From Candidatus Woesebacteria bacterium (GTDB lineage Bacteria > Patescibacteriota > Microgenomatia > UBA8517): a DNA stretch of 64,000 nucleotides. Below the pieces are notes generated by a model. That model searched no databases. It was given only the letters and a program-made list of their open reading frames with translations, and had not been told where the DNA came from. Shown piece by piece: positions 35,835 through 45,480 of this stretch. The position numbers and the translations under genes are program-made. The stretch's first letter is position 1, and every line of letters begins with the position of its first letter. Where the stretch lies: contig OY970314.1 in NCBI GenBank assembly GCA_963716475.1, forward strand, positions 854,508 through 918,507, in the 5' to 3' direction.

Positions 35835-37325
35835 ATGACCCTTTTGCCAATAATCCTCGCGGCCAGTCCATTTATTCTGTTTTTCATACTTCTTCTTTGG
35901 AGGAAAACTCCGCTTATCTGGGTTTCAGTTGCTACCTTAGTTCTGGTAGTTATTTTGGCTACCTCGTATTGGCAAGTTTATCCTGAATATATTTTTGGAT
36001 CTGTTGCAAAGGGTTTTTTTGTGGCTGTCGATATTCTGTTTATTATTTTCGGAGCGATCTTTTTTTTGGAAGTTATGCGGGAAACGAAAATTATCGAAAA
36101 TATCGGTTATCACCTGGAATCAATTTCAAAAGATCTTCGGGTACAGGTGATATTTCTGGCCTGGTTTTTTGAGAATTTTTTGGAAGGTACAGCCGGGTTC
36201 GGGACTCCCTCCACCGTTGTTGCTCCTCTCCTGGTTGGTCTTGGAATTCCCCCTGTAAATTCGGTTATAATTGCGCTTTTGGGTAACAGCGCCTCTGTGG
36301 TTTTTGGTGCCGCGGGAACCCCTATTAAAGTTGGCTTTGGTGTCCTTGCCGGAGCCTCGGTTCCCCTTACTTCGGCATTAATTAATTCGATCGGAATATT
36401 AGTTCCGGTCTTTATGCTGTGGTTTTTGACAAAGAACAAAGAAAACAGCAGAAAGGAATTTATTGAGGCGCTTCCTTTTGCCGTCTGGGCGGGGATCGCC
36501 TTTGCAATTCCTTCTATATTAACCGTTTTTTTGGGTCAGGAATTTCCTTCGATTTTGGGAGCCGTAATCGGTCTTGGGGTGGTGCTTCTTACCACAAAAC
36601 TTGGTCTTTTTGTGCCCAAAAAGGAAGGTAATTTAACAGACGGGATAACCATTCCTACACTTCCGCTTGGCAAAGTCATTTTTCCATACGCCTTATTAAT
36701 TCTCCTCCTTATTTTAGGTAAATTTGTAATCGGATCGGCAGGTCTTGCAATACCTCTTGTTGTAAAACATACCTTCGCATTTTTTAATCCCGGCTTTGCT
36801 TTTATTTTGGCGGGAATTATTACCGTAGTATTTTTCGGAATTTCTACTAAGACTTTTATCATGTCATTTAAAATTGCCCTAAAAAGGTCAATCGAGCCGT
36901 TTTTGGTAATAGTGTGTATGTCCTCAATTGCGCAGATAATGGTTAATTCGGTCAATAATCCAAACGCTCTTCCGTCGATGATCGACTTTTTGGCAGTTCA
37001 TGTTAAAAACACTCTTCTTCCTCTCTGGGCACCGATTGTCGGGGCTTTCGGAAGTTTTCTTACAGGGAGTGCTACAGTTTCTAATTTGATGTTTGGGAAC
37101 TTTTTGGCTGCAGCGGCGAGGGATTTGGGCTTTAGCGTAGACAAAATTTTGGCACTGGCTCTTGTTGGGGGAGCAGCGGGAAATATGATTGCACTTGCCG
37201 ATATAATTGCGGCAGAAGCGGTGGTAGGACTAAAAAATGAGGAGAGAAAGGTGTTAAAAGGGGTAATTGTTCCTTGTGCGATTTATATTTTATTGATAGG
37301 CGTTACCGGTTTACTTCTTGTATAG
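35835..37325 (+). CDS. Polytopic permease, L-lactate permease (LctP)-like
   Basis: 496 aa, about 13 TM. Size and hydropathy pattern are consistent with the LctP family. No diagnostic motif verified. Confidence 0.35.
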   Translation: MTLLPIILAASPFILFFILLLWRKTPLIWVSVATLVLVVILATSYWQVYPEYIFGSVAKGFFVAVDILFIIFGAIFFLEVMRETKIIENIGYHLESISKDLRVQVIFLAWFFENFLEGTAGFGTPSTVVAPLLVGLGIPPVNSVIIALLGNSASVVFGAAGTPIKVGFGVLAGASVPLTSALINSIGILVPVFMLWFLTKNKENSRKEFIEALPFAVWAGIAFAIPSILTVFLGQEFPSILGAVIGLGVVLLTTKLGLFVPKKEGNLTDGITIPTLPLGKVIFPYALLILLLILGKFVIGSAGLAIPLVVKHTFAFFNPGFAFILAGIITVVFFGISTKTFIMSFKIALKRSIEPFLVIVCMSSIAQIMVNSVNNPNALPSMIDFLAVHVKNTLLPLWAPIVGAFGSFLTGSATVSNLMFGNFLAAAARDLGFSVDKILALALVGGAAGNMIALADIIAAEAVVGLKNEERKVLKGVIVPCAIYILLIGVTGLLLV

Positions 37326-38429
37326 GTAAAAGAAGTCTTTGCTGTAGCCTCCAAGATAGGCTTTCGATCCGTCTTTGAGATCTTTGGTTAGTGTTGAGGT
37401 TTTATATCCGCCGGCCCCATTTGGTTCAAAAATATTAAACCTTACCCAAAACGGATTAATATCGAGTTGAATTGCATTAACAGCACCCGCCATTTTGAGA
37501 GCTTCGGCAAGACTTGCAGGAGAGAGATTGTTTCCGACTGCATAAATCAGATTTCCCTCACGGGTTAATCCTATTCCGCTTCTCCATGTAAAAATATCTG
37601 CATTAAAAGTTCTACCCCAAAGTTTTTTGTTATTTTCGTTTACGGCAAATACTTCCCCGTTTTCTACCAGAATCGGACAGTTTTGCCGAACAAAAGCTAC
37701 GTTTTTTCCTAAATCCTGACCCGTATAATTAATAATTTTAAGAGATCCGTCTTTATATCCCACCAAAGTCCCAACGTTTTGTTGCAGCGGTAGATAAGTT
37801 TTACCGTCGACTATCATGCCATAGTTTCCGTCCCTGTATTGGAAGCCTCCGTCAAATGCGGCCACTAGTTTTCCACTTTGAACAATATCTTGTGGAATAA
37901 CTCCAGGTCCGAAGTTTCCGACCGGGCCTCCGGGTTGTTTTGTTCCGGCAACGGCTGCAAGATTCATTTTTCTCATATCCATCTGTGCGAGGGTTACATA
38001 TGCGAAAGGCCGTGTGGAATCCGGGCGGACGAATGTATAAGCCATTACCATTTCTCCGGGGAAAGGTGTCAAAGGCCGGTTGATCCAAACACCTTCACCA
38101 GGGACCTTTGGTAGATCGTTTGTGATGGGAATCGGTGCCATTGAACTTTGGATACCCTGATTCAAAAATTGCGGAATATTTCCGGCACCTGTATGATCCG
38201 TAATCTGTTGAATTTTATCTGCTGTATTAAAGTAGATTTTTTCTAAAAATCCCACAAAAGTATTTCCCAAGAGGGGACGGAGGTAATTGTCTGTAAATAA
38301 GGCAGCAGCAGGAGTGTCAATTTTTATGAATACAACTCCACCCAAGAGAAGCAATAGAAAGGTGATAACCGCAATTTTTAATGATCTGCGTTTTTTCATT
38401 GTATTCATTCTAATACAATTTAATATCAC
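37311..38429 (-). CDS. Secreted protein, possible phosphodiester glycosidase (DUF2233-like)
   Basis: Signal peptide. FDGGFQYRDGNYGMIVDGKTY and GIGLTREGNLIYAVG segments resemble NAGPA/DUF2233 blocks. Confidence 0.3.
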   Translation of the reverse strand: MILNCIRMNTMKKRRSLKIAVITFLLLLLGGVVFIKIDTPAAALFTDNYLRPLLGNTFVGFLEKIYFNTADKIQQITDHTGAGNIPQFLNQGIQSSMAPIPITNDLPKVPGEGVWINRPLTPFPGEMVMAYTFVRPDSTRPFAYVTLAQMDMRKMNLAAVAGTKQPGGPVGNFGPGVIPQDIVQSGKLVAAFDGGFQYRDGNYGMIVDGKTYLPLQQNVGTLVGYKDGSLKIINYTGQDLGKNVAFVRQNCPILVENGEVFAVNENNKKLWGRTFNADIFTWRSGIGLTREGNLIYAVGNNLSPASLAEALKMAGAVNAIQLDINPFWVRFNIFEPNGAGGYKTSTLTKDLKDGSKAYLGGYSKDFFYLYKK

Positions 38430-38489
38430 AATACCTCCTTAAATACGGCTGAAAAATAGTGAAGAAAAGAAATGAGAAAAAAGGATAAT

Positions 38490-38963
38490 TTACGGTTTGG
38501 CCAGGTGCCAAATTCCGCCGACCCCGTCACCGTTAAGATCTCCTACCAGAGTATCCCCTGTATAGTAATAAAGAGGCATGCCTTTATAGGTGAATTGGAT
38601 GGATCCGTCCGACTTGGTGATTGTTGCGATCCCCGTAGGCAGAGTCGCCGGTACCGACGCGGTTACGTAAGGAGGCCAGAGTCCTGCACACGATCCGGAA
38701 CAATTACTGACTCCAGTCGTATCCTTGTCGAAGATGTAAAGCGTCATTCCGCTGGCTCCGGTAAGATAGTTACCTTTTGCCCCGGACTGAGTTGTTATTA
38801 TACTGCTCCCGGCTCTGGGTGTGGTTACCGGGGTAGCGCTGGTGTAGGTCGGCGCCGAGCTTGTTCCGTAGTTCCCAGAATACAATCCGGCCTTCTTCAA
38901 ACCCATGTAGCCAAGAACCAACACGATAACTATTACCGCTACCCAAATCCAAGTTTTTTTCAT
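38490..38963 (-). CDS. Secreted lipoprotein-like protein with CxGxCAxxWPP repeat (COG4315 family)
   Basis: NCSGSCAGLWPPY and tandem YxFxxD-type repeats (LYIFDKDTTG, LYYYTGDTLVGD). Confidence 0.6.
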   Translation of the reverse strand: MKKTWIWVAVIVIVLVLGYMGLKKAGLYSGNYGTSSAPTYTSATPVTTPRAGSSIITTQSGAKGNYLTGASGMTLYIFDKDTTGVSNCSGSCAGLWPPYVTASVPATLPTGIATITKSDGSIQFTYKGMPLYYYTGDTLVGDLNGDGVGGIWHLAKP

Positions 38964-39075
38964 TTTTTTACAAAGTCTTAAGTCTTGAATCGTTACTCAA
39001 ATCTTAAGTCTTAGGTATTATCACATTAATTTCTGTGATTAAACTGAGAAATAAAGGGGAAAATTGAGGTATTGA

Positions 39076-39627
39076 CTACTTTTTATAAACCAGAGCGAGC
39101 CTTTTACCTTGAAGGAGCCTCTTGACGAATTCATATCCGCCGAAAAATGCTCCGGAGTAGAAGAGATCCCCCAGAAGAGTGTTTCTGAAGAACGGAATTG
39201 CATATAAATAAGACTCAAAAATACCGGAAATGTTTTTCGGATACATATTTGTAAATGCCCAGACCGCAAAGTTGGTTATTACAAAGAAAAGCACGGAAGA
39301 GAGAATCGAGGCCAGAATGATGTTTTTTGGACTTTTGTGGTTCTTGATCCAGAATCCGATAAGGATGGCTAAAAGAAAACTTCCGTAAACGCTGAGTCTC
39401 ATCGGGATTGAATCAAACCCTATAAAGAAGTCGGAGAGGATCATTGCTGCAATAGGCAAGGTCAAAGCCTGTCTTTTATTTAGATAAACACCCCCGAAAA
39501 GTGCCATGGCGGTGATTGGGGTAAAATTTGCGGGATGGGGAATCAGCCGAGACAATGCCCCGATAACAATAAAGCCTGCCGGTTGGGCAAGTTTAGTAAT
39601 TACTGATTTTCCATTGAATTTCATCAT
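39076..39627 (-). CDS. ECF-transporter S component-like membrane protein (possibly the cobalamin-specific CbrT type)
   Basis: 183 aa, about 6 TM, the size and topology of ECF substrate-capture subunits. Co-operonic with a DUF4430-like secreted protein. Confidence 0.35.
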   Translation of the reverse strand: MMKFNGKSVITKLAQPAGFIVIGALSRLIPHPANFTPITAMALFGGVYLNKRQALTLPIAAMILSDFFIGFDSIPMRLSVYGSFLLAILIGFWIKNHKSPKNIILASILSSVLFFVITNFAVWAFTNMYPKNISGIFESYLYAIPFFRNTLLGDLFYSGAFFGGYEFVKRLLQGKRLALVYKK

Positions 39628-39997
39628 TGTTTTGTATTATATAACTTCCCGCACCCACTTGGGCCTCAGATCCGTTAACATCTAGTTCCCAAAACTCGTG
39701 CTTTGTAGCGTCCGCTTCACGCCCGTTTATGGATACTATGTAGGCATTCGTTCCTGTTCCGTTTGTGATCACTTTCGCCTCGGATTCTGTTGCTTCGAGC
39801 GCGGACTTGCCCACGAAACCCGATATGTCAAAAGACTGTGGGTTTACATCATTGATTTTTAGGATGGCGGAGACTTTTTGAGCAGCTTTCTCACCTTGAG
39901 TCTTGGCAGCGGGACCGCTTACACTAGTCCGCCAAATGATAAATCCGAGGGTAAAAATTACGACTACTGGAAGAATTAATTTTAAATATTTTTTCAT
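39593..39997 (-). CDS. Secreted DUF4430-like protein (transcobalamin-like cobalamin-binding fold candidate)
   Basis: 134 aa, signal peptide. The C-terminus (AYIVSINGREADATKHEFWELDVNGSEAQVGAGSYIIQNNDEIQWKISNY) resembles DUF4430. Confidence 0.35.
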   Translation of the reverse strand: MKKYLKLILPVVVIFTLGFIIWRTSVSGPAAKTQGEKAAQKVSAILKINDVNPQSFDISGFVGKSALEATESEAKVITNGTGTNAYIVSINGREADATKHEFWELDVNGSEAQVGAGSYIIQNNDEIQWKISNY

Positions 39998-39999
39998 AT

Positions 40000-40125
40000 T
40001 CCTGCTCGGGTTTTAGGTTGGGTTCCGGGTTTACGGTAGCGGCACTCCCACGGAAACTCTCCGTGATTCACCAATAACAAGTAATTTACTTTCAAACATC
40101 ATACTGGTCAAGTGGTAATATTAAT
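40000..40125 (-). promoter_or_regulatory. Candidate cobalamin riboswitch in the 5' leader of the DUF4430/ECF-S operon
   Basis: Minus-strand leader reads ...GGTGAATCACGGAGAGTTTCCGTGGGAGTGCCGCTACCGTAAACCCGGAACCCAACC... It has GGUGAA, a CCGCUACCGUAA block resembling the conserved CCCGCAACUGUAA core, an AACCCGGAACCC block resembling the B12 box AGCCAGGAGACC, and an internal hairpin CACGGA/TCCGTG. Confidence 0.3.
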
Positions 40126-40130
40126 GGGGG

Positions 40131-40319
40131 GTGAGTAAATTGAAAATAGACAAGAAAAATAAGGCGAATATTTCGAAATATCTAATCTATGGCGCAGTTC
40201 TGGCGGTACTTCTTTCGGTTACGGGTTGGCTGGGCGCAGATATCTGGCTGGCCTCAACTCAGTGGCTTTTGGTGGCTGCAGTGCTAACGCTTTTTGGAAT
40301 ATACCTTAAGTTAAGTTGA
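40131..40319 (+). CDS. Small membrane protein (2 TM)
   Basis: 62-aa hydrophobic ORF. Confidence 0.3.
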   Translation: MSKLKIDKKNKANISKYLIYGAVLAVLLSVTGWLGADIWLASTQWLLVAAVLTLFGIYLKLS

Positions 40320-40409
40320 ACCCGGCGGGAATAATGCGGTTAATCTGCGTTAATTGAAATTGGTGAAAAACTTGACATTCTTGTCTTCGGGTGCTATTTT
40401 TCGCTCAGA

Positions 40410-40847
40410 ATGAGGGGAAGGAACATTTTTTTTGCATTTATAGTTATTATAGCCATCGTTGCCGGGGTTTTCGTCATTAGAAATCGTACGAATATCGTCC
40501 AAAAAGTGAGTTCTTCACCCACCCCAAGTATTCAGCAACAAATACAGAATAAATTTAACGGTTTGGTTATTCCAGCGGATCAGGAGAAGGTTGAGCTTAA
40601 AGACGTTTCCGGCGGAAGCGGGATGGGACTTGCTACAAGAAACGAGATTTTGGCAGATTTACCAAGTTTGCCAAGCGGGCAGTCCTATCAAGGCTGGCTG
40701 GAAAATAACGGAAAGACCGTTTTACTTGGGACCTTGAAAATGGCAAAAGGCGGATGGATTCTGAACTATAATTCTTCAATGTACCCCGGTTACAATAAGG
40801 TAATCGTTGCGGTGGGGACAAAACATATTCTTGAGGGCTCTTTCTAA
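40410..40847 (+). CDS. Membrane-anchored hypothetical protein
   Basis: N-terminal TM (IFFAFIVIIAIVAGVFVI). TTGACA-N17-TATTTT promoter-like sequence at about 40372-40400. Confidence 0.4.
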   Translation: MRGRNIFFAFIVIIAIVAGVFVIRNRTNIVQKVSSSPTPSIQQQIQNKFNGLVIPADQEKVELKDVSGGSGMGLATRNEILADLPSLPSGQSYQGWLENNGKTVLLGTLKMAKGGWILNYNSSMYPGYNKVIVAVGTKHILEGSF

Positions 40848-40919
40848 TACTTCTTGTATCCCGCGAGTTGCGAGATTTTGGAATAGCTTCTAGAATAGAT
40901 TAGTGCAAAGTGTTTACGT

Positions 40920-41174
40920 ATGACGATAGTAATTTATTCCACCACAACCTGTCCTTATTGCAAGATGCTTAAGGATTATTTAAAAGAAAAAAAACTGACG
41001 TTTACGGAAAAGCTGGTTGATTTGGACGAAACGGCGAAAACGGAGATGGCAGCTTCATCGGGAGGATTCTTGGGAGTACCTTTTATTTCAATTGTGAAGG
41101 ACGATGGGACAAAAGAAACAGTTGTAGGGTTTGACAAAGGGAAAATCGGTACGATTTTAGGCATACAGGAATGA
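40920..41174 (+). CDS. Glutaredoxin-like protein (NrdH/Grx family)
   Basis: 84 aa. CPYC active site (TTTCPYCKMLKDYL) and GVPFISI. Confidence 0.8.
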   Translation: MTIVIYSTTTCPYCKMLKDYLKEKKLTFTEKLVDLDETAKTEMAASSGGFLGVPFISIVKDDGTKETVVGFDKGKIGTILGIQE

Positions 41175-41830
41175 TATTTGTTAATTACAAAACTTTTGAG
41201 GAAAGTTCCGGACCAAAAGCTCTCACCTTAACCAGAGTTCTTGAGGAAGTGGCGCACGAGAGTCAGGTAAAAATTATTCCGGTTGTTCAAATAATTGATG
41301 CGGAAAGCATTATTTCGGGAACGACGCTCGAAGTTTGGATTCAGCACGTTGATCCAATCAATTACGGAGCCCACACGGGTTGGACATTGCCCGAAGAGGC
41401 TGTAAGAATTGGGGTTTCCGGAGTTTTTTTAAACCACTCAGAACACAAATTTGACAATTTTGATGCGCTTTATACCGCCAACGAAAAAGCCATGTTGGTA
41501 AACCTTAAAACCCTGATTTTCGCAGGGAGTTTGGACGAATTGAAAAAAGTATCCGAATTGGCCCCTACCTATGTTGCCTATGAACCGGCAGAGCTTGTCG
41601 GAAGTACGACAACTTCCGTGGCCGAGGCTCAGCCGGATATTATTTCGCAAGCCACGGAAATAGCCAAAAGCGCGGGGTTGCCGCTCATTGTCGGAGCAGG
41701 AATTCACAACCTTAGCGATGTGAAGAAAAGCTTGGAACTTGGAGCGGTGGGAGTCGCCGTGGCGACAGATGTTGTAAAGGCGGTAGATCCCAAAAAGGAA
41801 CTTTTGGAGTTAACGGAGGGGTTTAAATAA
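41171..41830 (+). CDS. tpiA: Triosephosphate isomerase, archaeal-type short form
   Basis: 219 aa. NYKTFEES (catalytic Lys), LNHSEH (His), VAYEPAELVGSTTT (archaeal EPPELIGTG-like Glu loop), GAGIHN. Confidence 0.7.
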   Translation: MIFVNYKTFEESSGPKALTLTRVLEEVAHESQVKIIPVVQIIDAESIISGTTLEVWIQHVDPINYGAHTGWTLPEEAVRIGVSGVFLNHSEHKFDNFDALYTANEKAMLVNLKTLIFAGSLDELKKVSELAPTYVAYEPAELVGSTTTSVAEAQPDIISQATEIAKSAGLPLIVGAGIHNLSDVKKSLELGAVGVAVATDVVKAVDPKKELLELTEGFK

Positions 41831-41833
41831 TAT

Positions 41834-42283
41834 ATGAAAATATTTATCGGAGCGGACCATAGAGGATATGAGTTAAAAGAAAAGATTGCCCAGTGGCTTT
41901 TTGATATGGAATATGCATATCGGGATCTGGGTGCGCTGACACTTGAGCCCCACGATGATTATACAAAGTATGCAGAAGCAGTAGCGTCCCAAGTTGCCAA
42001 AACAGAGGGATCAAGCGGAGTGCTTCTTTGTGGTAGCGGGGTTGGAGTAGAAGTGGTTGCAAATAAGTATGATGGCATCAGAGCTTCAATAGGGAAAGAT
42101 GTTTTACAGGTCAAAGCGGGCCGCAGTCATGATGATATGAATGTTTTGGTTATTGCCGCGGATTTTACAAGCGAAAAAGAAGCTAAAGCAATGCTTATCG
42201 CTTTTTTGGAAACAAAGTTTTCGGAAAAAGTCAGGTACGAAAGAAGACTTCACGAGATAGAGAAAATTGAGGCAAAAAACTAA
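41834..42283 (+). CDS. rpiB: Ribose-5-phosphate isomerase B
   Basis: 149 aa. MKIFIGADHRGYELKE...GVLLCGSGVGVEVVANK, the RpiB/LacAB signature. Confidence 0.85.
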   Translation: MKIFIGADHRGYELKEKIAQWLFDMEYAYRDLGALTLEPHDDYTKYAEAVASQVAKTEGSSGVLLCGSGVGVEVVANKYDGIRASIGKDVLQVKAGRSHDDMNVLVIAADFTSEKEAKAMLIAFLETKFSEKVRYERRLHEIEKIEAKN

Positions 42284-42285
42284 AT

Positions 42286-43248
42286 ATGGATCTGCCTAAT
42301 CTTGCCGATTCGGATATTGCCGGGAAAAGGGTGCTTCTGAGGCTTGATTTGGATACCAATCCCGATCCGAATGATTTAAGGATCAAAGCTTCGGAAGAAA
42401 CTTTAAATTATCTAAAAGAAAAAGGAGTACAGATAATTGTCATTGCACACAAGGGGCGTCCTGATGGAAAGGTCGACGAAGGTTTAAGTTTGAAACCGTT
42501 TCAACGGATTTTTGACAGATGGAGTGCGGAGGTCAAAGAGAACTTGAGATTTAACCCGGGTGAGGAAGCAAACGACGAGGCCTTTACTAAAGAAATAGCC
42601 TCCTGGGGAGACTTTTATGTAAACGAAGCATTTGCGTCTTCCCACCGCGAACACGCATCAATTGTCGGGCTCCCTAAACTTCTACCTCACGCTGCCGGAT
42701 TTAGATTTGAAAAAGAGGTGGAGAATTTATCAAAAGTATTTTCGGAACCAAAAAAACCTGTCGTCTTTCTCCTGAGCGGAGTTAAGCCGGATAAACTGAA
42801 TTATTTGGGGGGAATTAAAAATATAGCGGATAAAATTTTAATTGGCGGCCATCTTCCCGACTATATGGGTGATGAAAAATTGGTTAGTGTCCGCTCAAGA
42901 GGGGAAGATGAGCAGGTAATTGTTGGAAATCTTACTATGGACAAAGAAGATATTACTTTAAATACAATTGAAAGATTCGAAAAAGAAATTGAAAAATCAA
43001 AAACCATCGTTGTTTCGGGGCCTCTCGGAAAATATGAAGATGAAGGCCACCGTCAGGGGACAGAACGCGTATTTAAAGCTGTTTCTGCCTCCTCAGCGTT
43101 TAAAGTTGCGGGTGGAGGAGACACAGAAGCTGCTCTGGCACTACTAAATCTGTCAAATGGTTTTGACTGGGTTTCGGTTGGAGGAGGGGCCATGCTTGAG
43201 TTTTTGACCAAAGAGACGCTTCCCGGGATTAGGGCTTTAAAAGCGTAA
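42286..43248 (+). CDS. pgk: Phosphoglycerate kinase, unusually short (320 aa)
   Basis: KRVLLRLDLDTN (cf. RVDFNVP), IAHKGRPDGK (cf. SHLGRP), and a C-terminal AGGGDTEAALA...VSVGGGAMLEFLTKETLPGI (cf. GGGDT...STGGGASLE). Confidence 0.7.
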   Translation: MDLPNLADSDIAGKRVLLRLDLDTNPDPNDLRIKASEETLNYLKEKGVQIIVIAHKGRPDGKVDEGLSLKPFQRIFDRWSAEVKENLRFNPGEEANDEAFTKEIASWGDFYVNEAFASSHREHASIVGLPKLLPHAAGFRFEKEVENLSKVFSEPKKPVVFLLSGVKPDKLNYLGGIKNIADKILIGGHLPDYMGDEKLVSVRSRGEDEQVIVGNLTMDKEDITLNTIERFEKEIEKSKTIVVSGPLGKYEDEGHRQGTERVFKAVSASSAFKVAGGGDTEAALALLNLSNGFDWVSVGGGAMLEFLTKETLPGIRALKA

Positions 43249-44317
43249 GTAGTTTTTCTTCTGACCCTTTACAATAATCAGCTAAACTTTCCAATTTTTT
43301 GTTGAATTTGGTTAAAACTTTTGGGTTTTCTATAATTTTCTTCAGCTTTTGTGTGGCACGCCCGGGGTTTTCCTCTACATAACCAATTCCGTATCTTTTA
43401 ATAATATCCAGGTTCCCGTCTTCCTGGCCCGAGACGTGGGAAATCGCAAAAAATGGGGTTAGGGTAGCAACAGACTGGAACATGGTGTTTGGTCCAGCCT
43501 TGCCAACAACTAAATCCGAGGCCCTTAGGTAAAGCTGCATAGCATCGGTATAGGCAACACCTGTTATTTTTGGTCCATGGATTTTTTCCGAAAAGCCTTT
43601 TAGAGTTTTTACTATTTTGAACATATCTGAGTTATTGCCGCAAAGAATAACTACCTGCATTTTGTTCTTCGGATTTAATAGGGTGCTTAATATTTTGAAG
43701 ATATGAAAAGTTCCCTCACTCCCACTGACCACGCACAAGGTAAAGATGTTCGGATTTAGGCCCAACCCTTTCCTTAATGATTTTCTGTCAGTGTCTTTTA
43801 CCTTGTGATATTTCTTCTCTATAAACCAGCCCACCGAAAGACTTTTTGCCATGGGGGCGAGGGACTTCAGCTTCAGTAGAGAATACTTATCAAATGTCAG
43901 GTTTTCGCCGCTCTCCGAAATCAGGACTTTGCTGAAAGTCCAGGGATCGGCAAGAATATTAATTAATCTAAAATTGTATTTTGCCTGAAGAGACTCAAGT
44001 GAGGAATCAAAGGCGAAATATACATTAATTACGATATCCGGATTCATCCTTTTGATTGGCATCTCGAGCTTGCCCTTATAATCTTTTTCAACATAAGAAT
44101 TAAAGATTTGTCTAAAGAGCTTAAATTGTGAAAGGAAAAAGATAAGTTTGAAAAATTCGGGGAAGAATTTATACACCAAGTGGTAGGAAATTTTGGAGAA
44201 TTTCTCTACTTCAATGTGCTCCAGTTCAACCTGATGATAATCCTTCAATATTTCTTCAACCGCATTGGCAATACTTTTGTGGCCCCAGCGGGTAGAGATG
44301 ATCAAAATTTTTGACAT
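43229..44317 (-). CDS. GT28-family glycosyltransferase (MGDG synthase/UgtP-like)
   Basis: 362 aa. C-terminal block GKAGPNTMFQSVATLTPFFAISHVSGQEDGNLDII matches the GT28 C-terminal domain (PGQEEGN). Confidence 0.5.
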   Translation of the reverse strand: MSKILIISTRWGHKSIANAVEEILKDYHQVELEHIEVEKFSKISYHLVYKFFPEFFKLIFFLSQFKLFRQIFNSYVEKDYKGKLEMPIKRMNPDIVINVYFAFDSSLESLQAKYNFRLINILADPWTFSKVLISESGENLTFDKYSLLKLKSLAPMAKSLSVGWFIEKKYHKVKDTDRKSLRKGLGLNPNIFTLCVVSGSEGTFHIFKILSTLLNPKNKMQVVILCGNNSDMFKIVKTLKGFSEKIHGPKITGVAYTDAMQLYLRASDLVVGKAGPNTMFQSVATLTPFFAISHVSGQEDGNLDIIKRYGIGYVEENPGRATQKLKKIIENPKVLTKFNKKLESLADYCKGSEEKLLTLLKP

Positions 44318-44370
44318 TTACGGTCTTAACCTTCTTTGAATTAGATTATATACTTAAAGAACTTGCTGCC

Positions 44371-45480
44371 ATGGTTAAAGTAGGAATAAATGGATTTGGA
44401 AGAATTGGAAGGATTGCTTTCAGGATTGGGGTTTTGAAGCACTCTGATGAACTTCAATTTTGCGCTATCAATACTTCAGGAAGCATGGATACGGCCGGCT
44501 GGGCACAATTGACAAATTACGATACGACGTATCGGAAATTTGAGTGCTTAGTTCAAAGTACGGAAACGCAGAGTCTGGATAAAATTACAGATGAAAATCC
44601 GCAGATAGGGGAGCTAATGATTTCCGAAAGGAACATTAGAGTCCCGGTTTTAGCGCAGAAGGATCCGGCGAAAATTCCCTGGGGAAAATACGGAGTTGAT
44701 GTAGTGATTGAGGCCACGGGTCGTTTCACCGACGAGGAAGGGGCAAAAAAGCACGCCGTCGGGGGAGCGAAAAGAGTTGTAATTTCGGCACCGGCTAAAG
44801 GGGGGAATGTTGGGACGTTCGTAATTGGTGTCAACGAAATTAAAGACAGCCCTGAGGTTATTTCAAATGCCTCCTGTACCACAAACTGTATTGCACCGGT
44901 TGCTGCAGTGATCCAGTCCAAATTCGGAATTGAAAAGGCAATGATGACAACGGTTCATTCTTATACCGACGACCAGAATTTGCAGGACGGTTCCCATAAA
45001 GACTTAAGAAGAGCCCGGGCGGCGGCGATGAATATTGTTCCGACTTCAACCGGGGCCGCGATAGCAACAACAGAAACCATACCGGCTCTTAAAGGAATAT
45101 TCGACGGAATGGCTTTAAGGGTTCCTGTGGCAACGGGTTCTATTACTGACTTTACCTTTATTCTAAAGAATAGTGTAACCAAAGAAGAAATAAATCAGGC
45201 ATTTATTGATGCTACGCAAAACCCCTTATACAAGGGTATATTAGCTGTATCTGAGCAAGATTTAGTGTCAAGTGACATAATCGGTAGAAGCGAATCTTCT
45301 ATAGTCGATTTACAGTTAACGCAAGTCGTTGCGGGAAATATGGTTAAGATTTTTGCATGGTATGACAATGAATGGGGATACGCCAATCGGCTGGTAGAAC
45401 AAGTAATCAGGGTTGGTCGAAATCTGACACAAACTAATGTGCCAACGGATCCAATAACGCTTTCATTTAAAACCCGATAA
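44371..45480 (+). CDS. gap: Glyceraldehyde-3-phosphate dehydrogenase
   Basis: VKVGINGFGRIGR NAD-binding motif and active-site ASCTTNCIAPV. The start is trimmed to MVKVG. The track ORF starts at 44311. Confidence 0.9.
   Translation: MVKVGINGFGRIGRIAFRIGVLKHSDELQFCAINTSGSMDTAGWAQLTNYDTTYRKFECLVQSTETQSLDKITDENPQIGELMISERNIRVPVLAQKDPAKIPWGKYGVDVVIEATGRFTDEEGAKKHAVGGAKRVVISAPAKGGNVGTFVIGVNEIKDSPEVISNASCTTNCIAPVAAVIQSKFGIEKAMMTTVHSYTDDQNLQDGSHKDLRRARAAAMNIVPTSTGAAIATTETIPALKGIFDGMALRVPVATGSITDFTFILKNSVTKEEINQAFIDATQNPLYKGILAVSEQDLVSSDIIGRSESSIVDLQLTQVVAGNMVKIFAWYDNEWGYANRLVEQVIRVGRNLTQTNVPTDPITLSFKTR

Noticed and set aside
38472-38981. 169-aa plus-strand ORF rich in Arg/Cys
   Set aside because: It is antisense to the COG4315 lipoprotein-like gene (38490-38963 minus), which has clear family signatures. 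The plus ORF has none.
38964-39075. AGTCTTA heptamer repeated four times between the COG4315 gene and the ECF-S gene
   Set aside because: Short, low-complexity and intergenic. It could be a simple terminator or spacer. There is insufficient evidence for function.
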